The notes: a model not told the origin generated them from the sequence alone. A stretch of 63,996 bases of DNA, filler included, from 12 parts of 12 records of this genome joined end to end with filler, not necessarily neighbours in it, one strand, 5' to 3'; shown: positions 33,890 to 45,033, numbered from the whole stretch's first letter. Translations and numbers: made by a program.

Positions 33890-36800
33890 GAGCTGGAGCC
33901 GGAGCCGGAGCCGGAGCCAGCAGAGCTGACACAGGGCGCTGTCGCACCCGCGGATTTCGGTGATTCTGCTGGTATGGTAGAAATTCCGCCGCGCAAGACA
34001 GCAACACAGCTGCAAGCTGAGGTGAGCGCCCGCCTGCGTTAATTGGGAGAGCCCGCGCCACACAGCTCACCAGCCATGCCCTCCGTCCGTATACGCAGTT
34101 GGGCTTGCACTCAGTCTTGCAGGACGAGATATCGTGGGTGCAAAGCATGTTCGAGTTCTATGACACTGATGCGAATGGCTGCATGGACGGACATGAGTTC
34201 ACTAAGATGGCAGCGGATCTAGCTGCTCGCACGGAACGTGTCGTCTCCGGGCGCGAGGCATTCCGCGAGATCGACGCGGATGCCTCTGGTTATGTCGAGT
34301 TGGAGGAGCTGCTGCTATGGTGGTTCAAAGACGATGTGACGCCAGGCCACGAACCACACTGGGAAAAGCTAGACCCAAGCGCAATGCCGGTACCTACTGA
34401 CAGGTCCGTCGCACAGCGCGTGCGTCACCATGGTCTTTGTTCTAACATCATTGCGTGATGTCGCAGCGACAAAGGAGCCATGGAACGTGCGCGCGATATG
34501 TTCCGTAAGTACGATGCGGATGGTGGCGGTGAAATCGATGCTGATGAGTTCACAGCACTATGTTACGACATGGGATACGTGTTCAAAGATGAACATGAAA
34601 AACAGCTGGTGCTGAGCTTGCTCGACAGCGATGGGAATGGGACACTTAGCTTCCGCGAGTTCCAGGTATGGTGGAGAACAAACAAGGACAGCTTCTTCGC
34701 GTCGAGCTACTCAGCGGAGATCAAAAGCGCTATCTACTACTTCAAAAAGTTTGACGTGGATATGAGCGGATGCCTCGACTTGGAGGAGTTTAGAGCAATG
34801 TGTAAAGAGATGAAATGGCCGGATGCAGAGATTGAAGCATCCATGAAGATGCTTGACTCCGACAGTGACGGTGAGATAAGCTTCAACGAATTCCTCGGCT
34901 GGTATACAGAAGACGGGATGGCGATGAATCTCATCAATTCGTACTGTAAACGAAAGGACAGCACCAAGCTAAGCTCGAAAGAGTTCGCGAATCTATGCAA
35001 GGACATGTGGGGCCTTAACAGAAAGCAATCTGCGAAGCTCCTCAAAAAGTTCGACAACGACAGTGATGGGCAGATGGGTCCGGAGGACCTGCAAGGCATG
35101 CTGTCACAGCTTGGGCTTTCGAAGATGACCAGTAGCAGCCGCTCAACTCAGGAAACCGCTGATGATTTTATGCGTGAATCAGAAGAGGATAATGATGCGA
35201 CGCCCTTGACCGAGGTGACACTGCCTCGAAGCATGATGGATTCAGACACTCAGACCAAAGATACAGCAGTCTCGCGCGAAATGAAGAAGGTGCTCACCAA
35301 TGAGTCCAAAAGGAAGATCGGCGTCCGTACACTTGTTTCCAAGAAGAAACGGAGGTACACGGATGATGGCTTTGATCTTGACCTAACGTACATCACAGAC
35401 CGCATAGTTGCGATGGGATTTCCCAGCGACGGGCGCGAAGCAATGTTCAGGAACAAGATGAAGCACGTGCAACGTTTCTTCAAGTCTCGGCATCGTGGTC
35501 AGTTCAAAGTCTACAATCTCTGCAGCGAGATGACTTACCCGCCCTCAAAGTTCACCTCCAGTTCAGGAGGTGAAGGGCAAGCTTGTCACTATCCGATGGA
35601 AGATGGCTGTGCTCCGACCCTGCAGCAGCTTATGGAGATCTGCCGTGACATTCACCGCTTCCTCGAGGAGGATCAACAAAACGTTGTTGCTGTACATTGT
35701 AAGGATGGCACGGGTCGCACGGGCACTGTGATCGCCGCGTACATGCTTTTTGCCAACGAGTTTGATGCACATAGTGATTCGCTCGCCTATTTTGGAGCAT
35801 GCCGTTCGATCAACGGCAGGGGTGTGACGAGTCCGAGGCAGGTTCGATACGTCGATTACTTCGGCCAGGTCGTCAACCGAATGGGCAGTGAAGTTCCTGA
35901 TTCACCGCCGGTAGTCTTGACAAAGATCCGCATGCACACAGTTCCAGACTTTGATCCGACTGGTGGCTGCGACCCTTACTTCGTCGTGTCCAGTGGTTCG
36001 TCCTCGCAGGCACATACACTGTATAACATGAAGAAGATGAGCAAAGTCTATCATTACAAGGCTCAGGACTTCGTCGACTTACTCCCTGAAGAAGGAAGAC
36101 TGTTGCTGTGTGGAGACATATGTATCCACCTATATGATGCAGATGTTGGCTCGAAGGACGACGAAATGTGCTCAGTGTCGTTTAACACATCATTTGTCGA
36201 GACTGGCGAGTCATGGTTGATGAAGAAGGCCATCATTGACGGCGCGAACGAAAACACAACCAATTTTGTGGAGCAGTTCCAAGTAGAGTTGTTCTTCGAG
36301 GCGGCAACAGAGTCGACAGAGAAGACGGACAAAGACTCGTCTGGATCTCTCAAAATGTATCATGGAACGTCGTGGGAGAACGCCCAGTCTATCCAGCGTA
36401 GTGGCTTCATTGAGTCTAAAGGCGGTTGCCTTGGGCCTGGTGTGTATGTGGCGCACTATGCTAAAGCAATGCGGTTTGCGAGAGATGAAGATCCGACCGG
36501 CCGATTGTCTGGCCGTCATGGCGCTTCTGACGGTGGTCTGCTTGAAGTTCTGGTGACCTTCGAGAAAGCCAAATTTGTGCGCAGCAACGACTATACCTGG
36601 CAGCAAGAGGGCTACGATGCCTGCAGAGCCGATCACACTACTGCGTCTCGATCTATGGAATGGTGTCTCGCCAGCCGCAGCCAAGCGCAAGTCATACGCC
36701 TGACGCGTGTAAACACGGCTGCTGTTAGTACTACAGACGCTTGGTGCATAAAGGGTGCGATCGCGAAACGTGGCAACAAGGTTGGAGCGGTTTTAATGGA

Positions 36801-37599
36801 CCCTGACTCTGACCTGGAAGTACAAGTGGCCTGGTCGGATGGGAAAGTGAGTGCCTACATTCACGTAGCAGCATTGTCGCAGGCGAGTATTCCAGATCAA
36901 TTGCAGGCCACAAGCTGGTGCCAAGAAAACCAAGAGGGGAAGTATCAGGGCAGGATCGGATCGCTGATGCTGCTGCCTGACTCCGAGGCCGCAGAGGTGA
37001 AGCTGCTGTGGGATGATGGGACGGACAGCGGTCCTATCAAGGCAGTATGTGTGCACCCACTAACGCGCAAGGAGCAAAAGGAAAGGGCAAAATACCACCA
37101 ACAACAGGCTACCGCGGCGGACAAGGAGGCTGCTGATGCTTATATGCAGCAGCTGCAGGTGGACGGGTGCAAATACAAAGGGAAGACCAACACAACTGGT
37201 CGACCTCACGGAAAAGGCGTCTTCACTTGGTCGGATGGAAGCGTGCACACAGGGAAGTTCGAGAACGGTACGGCGACAGGCAAGGGCAAGCGGGTGAATG
37301 CTGACGGTAGCTGGTGGGAAGGCACATGGGCGGACGGCCTCAAGATCGGGACAGGTAAAGGCAAGGAACTTAATGGCGGTGCTATTTACGAAGGTGCATT
37401 CCTTGTTGTAAATGGTGAGAGTCAGAGGCATGGCAAGGGATTGTCCGTGGCTCTAGACGGTTCGACGTACAAGGGAATGTTTGAGCACGGCAACAGACAC
37501 GGACGGGGTAAAGTGACTGAGCGTAACGGAAGCTGGTGGCAAGGAGAGTTTGTGAACGGCAAGAAGGAGGGCAAAGGGAAGGGTAAATCTTTCTATCCA
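33890..37599 (+). CDS. Multidomain protein: 8 EF-hands - PTEN phosphatase - C2 - Gig2/PARP-like ADP-ribosyltransferase - two beta-rich repeats - MORN repeats; truncated at both ends
   Basis: Introns at ~34022-34122 and 34404-34466 join two EF-hands to the 1055-aa ORF. PTEN: VSKKKRRYTDDGFDLDLTYITDRIVAMGFP, KVYNLCSE, VHCKDGTGRTG, GVTSPRQVRYV. PTEN-C2: GGCDPYF..GDICIHLYD..FNTSFV. ART: MYHGTS..GF..LGPGVY..GYDA..MEWC. MORN: YKG..PHGKGVFTWSDG. Confidence 0.9.
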
Positions 37600-37919
37600 N
37601 NNNNNNNNNNNNNNNNNNNNNNNNNNNNNNNNNNNNNNNNNNNTTAATTAATTAANNNNNNNNNNNNNNNNNNNNNNNNNNNNNNNNNNNNNNNNNNNNG
37701 ATGGTGAGGCTTCCCGACCACCACCAGACGCTGTGCGCTGCTGGCCGCGTTACTGTGCACGTTGCTGGACGCATTGCTGACGGTGTCTGTCTTTCTGTGC
37801 GCCTGTTCAGCTGGCGCGCTCTTTCCAGACTCGCTCGAGCAGCAAACGCCGGTGCTCCGCTGCGGAGGGTGGCGAACAAATGGAAAAGTGCTGAAATAAG
37901 CCCGTTGTTCACACCACAC

Positions 37920-40064
37920 TCACTGTCTCTCTACGAGGGTCGTTGCCACCAACGCATGGTCGGAAGGAAACTGCAGCGTGGGGAAGACGATGTCCTCTTC
38001 ATACGTCGATCCAGGGCCGCCCCCTGTGTTGTCCCTCATGCTGCTACTCGCCGCCAAGACCGCCTCATCGAAGAGCACGAAGTCCTTCGGGTTATGGTCA
38101 CCCTTAGTCCCGCGCTCGTCTCTGCGCACCGCCTTGTTCAACTGTGGCTGCAGGAATGTGCGCGCGTTGAACGTTGTGTAGTATAGCCGCTTTCCAATGG
38201 GGTTCCCGCCGGCCGCCAGCTGCCAGTTTGAGCTAAGGCCAGACTTTATCAGCTCGTGCTCCAGCTCGCGCACACCTAACCACCCGTCATCCTTGGGATG
38301 CTCGTACGCGTTGGCATCGAGACCGATGAGCACCCGCGGAGCAGGCAAAAAAGATGGTGTGTCTCGGGCCTTGAGCACCGCCTGGATCATTGGAACAGTG
38401 GCAAGGCCGTTCGTGTCTCCGTGAAACGATGCAACAAGGTATCTGTCGCCCGTGTGCTCAACACCTCGTCGCCTCGCAAGCACCGCCAGCAAATCGCCAG
38501 AGGACCATGGTAGCACCGTGCTCTCGTCTACACGGGCAGCACTTTCCACTTGCGAGGTCACGTCAAGGGCATCATCCACTTCCCATTCATCCCTTCGAAG
38601 CAGAACAAGCGAGTTTTGATCCCGCCCTCCTGCACCCAACCAACCAGCACTTGCTCAGCAATCAAATACCGGATCCAAAACACCAACACGCAGTCCAGAC
38701 AGCAAGCATAACCCGACGATGGTAGCTGCGCTGTGTGTGACATACCCCCTCCTGCCCCTGCTGGCGATAGAACTCCGTACTCCCGCAGCCACGAAGCGGA
38801 TGGTTCTGGATTCCGCAACAAGCCGAGGAAGTGTGCTGATGTCTCTTGCAAACAGACTACCGAAGCCTCAAAATCAACTTCGCCAGAGACCGAGGCATAT
38901 TCACCAAGGATTTCCACAGTTCGCTGCGGTTTGTGCGCATTGAGAGCGGTACATAGCTCTTTACGGAGTGACTGCCAGCTGGTTGCAGCCACCTCGCTCA
39001 TCATGTGCACCATGATGGCGTCAAAGATCGCCAGCGCAAGTGTCTGCAGAGGGAGCGACGCATCTTCCTCTTCTGCGGTCAGCGCAGGATACTTCGCGCG
39101 AGAGATCCGCTTCAGCAGGGTTGCTGGGACTACTCGCTGCAGCTTTTGCGAGTCTGCTTTTTCGCTCCCGCGCGCTTTCGGCGGCACTGCAATAGTGTCA
39201 CGGAACATGAACGCCTGCCAGTGTTGCCACCAGTCTGCAACTGACGCGAGTTGCTGCGCCCGGTAGCAGTTGATGACAGTAGGGCGGTGTACAGACCCCC
39301 CTTCGGCGGTGCGAATGGTATTGCTGATTCTGTCAGGCATCGACACCAGGCGCTTCGACCCGAGCGATTTGTCCTTCAGAAACCCAGACACTATTCGGCG
39401 GTCCTTGAGATCCGTCTCCCAGCGCGTGCGGGTCACCTGCAGCGCGGCATCATCTATACCACGCAAGCTGGGCACAGCCGCCATGGAAGCCATCAGTTCT
39501 TCAAGCATATCTGTGGTGAACACTTCATGGACTGGTACGTCGTGAACGCCGCCCTGCAATCATGCAAATTGAGTTCGTGAGGCTGGGACGGCTTGCTGGG
39601 ACGGCTTGTCAGCGCAGCTGCGTGCAGCGCAGCGCCGGGTGCTGACAGCCCACGCACCGGGTCCTCTTCGACAAACAATCGCACAGCCTGCATCATACTA
39701 TCGTAGCTTGGATCTTCGTCGTGTGTGATCCAGTACTCGAACGGATTGTTGTTGATCGCAGCAACATTCCACGTCACCACACGGACCGAGCTGGTGGCAG
39801 CGCCGAGTTGGGCCGGCCCGGCTGGTCCAGCGTGTAAGCGGCCGCTGAGCAGCGCTACACGCATCACGCCGCGTTAGGCAACAGGCGAGCAATTCAGCGG
39901 TTGCGATCGAGCGGAAAGGATGCACTTGCAGCCCCACGCGAAAAACCACCAAGCCCACGCATGCCGCACGCACCAGTGTGTAAAGTCAGCAGGGCCGCGA
40001 ACAGTGCCGCGAACAGCAGCGCGACCTTGAGCAGGTCGACATTGCGGATCGGTGACATCGTCAT
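37920..40064 (-). CDS. Endonuclease/exonuclease/phosphatase (EEP) superfamily protein with N-terminal membrane anchor, multi-exon
   Basis: VRVVTWNVAAINNNPFEYW, VVCLQET, VASFHGDTNG, LIGLDAN, PKDFVLF and FPSDHALV in order. Start inferred at MTMSPIRNVDLLKVALLFAALFAALL. Confidence 0.8.
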
Positions 40065-40760
40065 GCGTTTGCCCAGCCAGCAGCTCGAGCCAGGACAACT
40101 CCCGCACGCAGCTACGAGGAGCGGAGCGTCGACGGCTCGGTCTCAGCTCGGCACTGACTCAGCGAGGCTGCCGCACGGCACGACGGACGGACGCCGGCTC
40201 ACTGCATGGCTCACTGCATGCCGCGCGCTGGCCGGCGCCACTCGGCACGGGGTTGCGTGCGGGCGAGACGATCTGGCCCGAATGCGAATCCCATCGGTCA
40301 TGACCCCCTTGAGTCGATTGAGCTTGGCCGGATGACGGATGTTAGAATGTGTTTCGACCCGGGAGCCAACCTGGGCACTGAAGTTCAGCACAAAATACGG
40401 CTGGCAGCGGCTGGGTTCATTGAACAAACAAACTCAGGATGACAGTTCAATACTGTAGTTCATGGGTCGGAACTGGGTCGTGGATACGACCCAGAAGCTC
40501 GGGCGGCAGGAATTGATTGAGCGAGTGTACATCAGTACATGTTAACATGTTAGCTCGCGGTGCGCCCAGCGGGCTCCGTAACCGCTAACGCTGGCAACCT
40601 CGGTTGCCAAAGAGCTCGCATTTTACTCGGCTCTTCGTTGGTGCAGATACTAGAGCGATTGCGAGCGCATCCGAACTGGTGGTGGTGGCGGCCGGCTTCT
40701 TGGTAACTTTTCACGTACGCTTGTGGCGGAGATGAAAAGAAGAATCGAAACGGGTTACAA

Positions 40761-42716
40761 TTACGTTTCAGAAACATCATCTACATCTTCTGACGCACCG
40801 CCAGTTTCCCCACTCCCTTTCTGCGCCGCCCATGCCTGTTTCAAGCGCTTGACGCGCCGTGACATCGCAGAATCTTCCTCCCCGACCACCTCTTCTTGAA
40901 CGATGAATCCGCTGCCGTCCGAGTCTAAGTCGGAGAAGACTTTGTCAATCATCTGCATGTCGTCATTGTCTAGGCGTCCAAGACGCAACAGCATCGCTAA
41001 TCTGAAATCGTTGCGAGACAGCGGTGCACCGTACTCCACCTGCGTCGAGCGCTGCAACTCCTCGAAGTCAAACGAGGTGAGATCGTTGTTCTCCAGCGAA
41101 TCTCGCTCGCCAAACTGCCCAAGGACAAACAACTCGAGCTCGTCTGCCCGTTTCTCCGCAATTTTCCCACTGACGGTGTCAATAGCGTTTGCCACGAATG
41201 CCACCCCAAGTGGCACGAAGAAGCACGCGAAAAGCTTGGACGACGAGCTGCTTGGGGATAGGTCGCCGTAGCCCACAGTGCTTACCGTCACAACGGTGAG
41301 GTACCACGCGTCGAGGAACGTGAGGTCGTCCAAGTACGCGAATGCCACCGAGCCCACCAAAATAACTGTGCACATCAGAATTATGGCGATGTGCACTGGT
41401 TCTAATGAGCCGCACAATCCCTTCTGTTGGACTGCGACGTCAAGCTTCTCTCCGACAGGCGGAGTCGCGAGCAGAGGCGTCTTTGCAAGCCCGGCATACA
41501 GCAGCTGGTTGTTCGACCTGAACCAGCTTCGAAAGGAAGTGCCCATGCTACCGATCAGCAGTCCGATCAAGACAATCCCGATGATGACTTGAAACGAGAG
41601 CAGAACCTTCGTGACCGCGAACCAGTATTCACTGTTGCTTCCCGCGTCCGGTGCGCTCACGAAGTTCACCGGCTGACTACCCCAACCAACAGTTGTCACC
41701 GTCCCAAACATGAATAGGACCGCATCGACCACTGGGCTTCCCTGCTCCTCCGGATACTGCAGCCCGACCGTCGCGTTCGTGCACTCAACGTTTCCCGCAC
41801 TCGTACACACGTACGCGCTGAAAAACCACCCGAAGTACACTGTAAACACGAACATGTAGACTCCTAAACCCATCCCCATTCGAACCGTGTTCTTCCAGTC
41901 GGCGAACGTCGTCAGATCCCGAATCGCAGGGGTATCCGGCAGAAGATCGACGGCTGCCTGCACCTCGATCCGGATCGTCCCCGCATTGTGGTCGATGACC
42001 CGCTCTCCATCAGCCGTCAGCCGCTCGTACGATGCATAGATCTGCAGGACGCCCGCGTCGTGCCCGCGCTCAAAGCCCTGGTTGCCATCCTGGTCGAACA
42101 GCTGGATGTGCATCAACGCCGCGCCGGACGCCGCTGAGAGCTGCTGGCGAAGCTCGGGCAGCACCAGCGTGCGGCCGCCAAGCAAGTCATCGCTTCGCAA
42201 GTCGCTGTCCCATACCTCTAGGGTCAGGTGGACGTCATTGGCCGCCGGCGTGATGTGCAGCACGTTGTCCAGGTGCCCGTTGATTGAATTGCAGGATTCG
42301 ATCGACCAGACTGGGTTTTTGCCATAGCCATTGGTCTCACTGGCGAGCACTGACTCGGTCCGCACCGTCTGTGTTCGCCTGTCGCGCAGCTTGCCTAGGT
42401 ACGCTACGACGTACGCGTCGGTGCCGCCCGAGACCGTCTCGGCGAGCTTTTTGGAAGATTTGTGCGCCGCTAGGCGCAAGTGCGAGGCGTGCTGCCGCAC
42501 CGACAACATCCGTGAGAGAAGGAGCGGGGGCGGACACAGACAAAGAAAGTGCGAGCTGTTCAGCTGTCTGCGACGCACGGAATCGTGGAGGTTCGAGACC
42601 GTGCCCTCGGCCGCGGGGTTGACCGTCTCGGGCCCTGCTTCAAATGTCGCGTCCACGAGCGCATCCACCCGCGACGCATCGCCCGTGACCCGCACAGAGT
42701 TCGCTTCAGCGACCAT
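40761..42716 (-). CDS. C2-domain two-pore (TPK/K2P-like) K+ channel with C-terminal EF-hand; 5' end uncertain
   Basis: C2: TDAYVV..KNPVW..LEVWDSDLRSDDLLG. 4TM/2P core with pore 1 TVTTVGWG and pore 2 TVSTVGYGDLSP. EF-hand FSDLDSDGSGFIVQEE. Confidence 0.88.
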   Translation of the reverse strand: MVAEANSVRVTGDASRVDALVDATFEAGPETVNPAAEGTVSNLHDSVRRRQLNSSHFLCLCPPPLLLSRMLSVRQHASHLRLAAHKSSKKLAETVSGGTDAYVVAYLGKLRDRRTQTVRTESVLASETNGYGKNPVWSIESCNSINGHLDNVLHITPAANDVHLTLEVWDSDLRSDDLLGGRTLVLPELRQQLSAASGAALMHIQLFDQDGNQGFERGHDAGVLQIYASYERLTADGERVIDHNAGTIRIEVQAAVDLLPDTPAIRDLTTFADWKNTVRMGMGLGVYMFVFTVYFGWFFSAYVCTSAGNVECTNATVGLQYPEEQGSPVVDAVLFMFGTVTTVGWGSQPVNFVSAPDAGSNSEYWFAVTKVLLSFQVIIGIVLIGLLIGSMGTSFRSWFRSNNQLLYAGLAKTPLLATPPVGEKLDVAVQQKGLCGSLEPVHIAIILMCTVILVGSVAFAYLDDLTFLDAWYLTVVTVSTVGYGDLSPSSSSSKLFACFFVPLGVAFVANAIDTVSGKIAEKRADELELFVLGQFGERDSLENNDLTSFDFEELQRSTQVEYGAPLSRNDFRLAMLLRLGRLDNDDMQMIDKVFSDLDSDGSGFIVQEEVVGEEDSAMSRRVKRLKQAWAAQKGSGETGGASEDVDDVSET

Positions 42717-43660
42717 CCGGTCGGGTGGGTCGATCAGCAGCGGCGGCGGCGGCAGTCGCCTGTGTCAAGCCGCAGCAGGGCACACCGACTGATCTTCACG
42801 ATGAACCGTCCTCCTGACCCTCCTCCGCAACCCACCGAATCGCCGTTTCCACACAACCGCGCCGCAAGCTTACCTCTCTACACCATCGCTGCCCCCGCCC
42901 CCGGCAAGCGCCTTTCTGTTCTCCACCAGGCTGCGCCAGCTCAGCGCCAGGCTGCGCACGCCCAGCGACGCTGGTCCTTTACCGTGTTCCTGGCGTGTTT
43001 CGTAGGGGCGAAACCAAACATCTCCTCCGCACCCTCCGGCAGACTGTCACCCTCTCCTTCCTCCTCCGCCACGCTGGTACGGGGGGCGCTCCACCACCCT
43101 CAGTCAACTGTATGGGCCCGAAACAGGGCGAGCACTTTCGCCAGTCAATAGTACGGCCCCATTATCACGTGGATCCCTGGATCTTTGCGGTACGGAAATC
43201 CCACTGGGATTCACTGGGCACCGCACGACCGACCCGCCAGCCGCTGCTTTCTGAGGCGCTTTCTACTGAAATTATGGTGTTGTTCAGCCTTGGTCTCATG
43301 GGGCACGTGCGACTGACCACGATCTCAGAAATTACAAATTTCCACATCAAATTGATCGTCCCGCTATCCAGGTCAGGTACTATGATAGTACTAGTACGGA
43401 GAAATCACAATGTAGGAGGTGAAATGATTACGAGCTATTACAAAATATCCCTCCTGTGTGTCGGCATTTGGGTTTGGTTTTGTCACGATTCTCTTTCATC
43501 AAGCGCCGGGACTTGTTGTTTCACAATTGGTGTGCAGTCTGAGTTGGAAAATAGTACCATNNNNNNNNNNNNNNNNNNNNNNNNNNNNNNNNNNNNNNNN
43601 NNNNTTAATTAATTAANNNNNNNNNNNNNNNNNNNNNNNNNNNNNNNNNNNNNNNNNNNN

Positions 43661-45033
43661 CCGAGACCGAGACCGAGACCGAGACCGAGCCGCGGGAGCC
43701 GGAGCGGGAGCCCGTGTTTACCCTCGAGTTTCTGGAACCAGAGGTGGATGGAGAGCTCCAGCGCCCTAACAGCGATGAGCAGAAGGAGCACGCGGACGAG
43801 CAAGCGTTCGCTGGATTCAGGTTCGCGAGGGATATAGACGACGTGAGCGAGGTAAAAATCACCCGCCGCTTGAGCCACGGCACCTCTGCGGAGGTCTCAG
43901 CGGCGCGCTGGCGAGGGATGGACTGTGCAGTGAAGAAGTACTTCAATACCGACGGTGGATCGAACCTCGCTAGCACGCAGGAGGCTTTCCGCACCGAGGT
44001 ATTTCTCATGCGGGAGCTCCAGCACGAGAACATAGTTCGTTTCTATGGGGCTCGCTGCCACCCGCCGGATCTGTGGATTGTAATGGAACTGATGAGGTCT
44101 GAACGCGCTTACACTGCTCTGCCAGCTGTTGCCACTAGCTGCATCCTGATGGTACCTCACTGACGCCACCTGTGTCTACAGGGGCTCTCTCGCGGACGTG
44201 CTGTACGGGAAGCTGAGCCAGGTCACAGATCTCGACAAAGTCCTCACACCCAGACGGAACTTTTCCTTCATCCGAGGGTGCGCATGGCTAGTTAGACAGT
44301 AGCGTTGTGCCAGTGGCTGCATAATCTGACTTTTCTCTGGTGTGATCCATGAACGATGCGCGATTAGGATTGCAGCAGGAATGCTGTTTCTGCATTCGCA
44401 TGACGTCTGCCATAGAGATTTGAAGTCAGCCAATGTGCTTGTCGACAAACAGCTCGTGGTGAAACTGTGTGATTTTGCCTTCTCAAAATTCAAGGCGGTA
44501 GTAACGGACAACACGTTGTCAGCCAAGCTGGTTTCCCAGGTGGGCACACCGGCGTGGATGGCTCCTGAGGTTTTGCGTGGCGACGAATACTCACTGTCCG
44601 CTGACGTTTACAGCTTCGGTGTCATCATTTGGGAGATCATGACACGGTGAGTAGAAATCAATTGGCGCATTATCTAGTTGAGCTGGCGTGTGAAACCTCA
44701 CGCTTCTACTATGTGGACTGGATGCTGGGTGTGGATACTAGGCAACGACCGCTCAAAGAATTCAACAGCTTCCAAATCATTAGCTCCGTCGGCATGGATT
44801 GTCGGACAGCCGAGCTTCTGCCACTGCCTGAGGACACGGAGCCCATCTGGATTGCTTGCGCCACAGCATGTTGGCACTCCGATCCAAAGAAGCGGCCGAC
44901 ATTTCAGCAGCTGTATGGGGTTTGCCGATCGGTGGCCGCAGAGATATCGGAAGGTAAGGCAGCATTGGTAAGAGGGCGTCACAGCAAAGTAGATGCTGGG
45001 ATGGCAGCGTGGCGTAAGCTGTCCCCAAGTTGA
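43661..45033 (+). CDS. TKL-group (Raf/MLK-like) protein kinase, multi-exon, 5'-truncated
   Basis: [67 protein letters not shown]. Confidence 0.9.

Noticed and set aside
1-37599. TIR-NB-ARC, Piezo and the PTEN-ART protein as a physically linked defence island
   Set aside because: They lie on different contigs, so order in the window carries no linkage information.
43160-43560. AT-richer non-coding stretches (also 4133-4250 and 18215-18480) as transposon fragments or RNA genes
   Set aside because: No terminal repeats, transposase motifs or tRNA/rRNA structure recognisable by eye; a repeat library or Rfam search would be needed.
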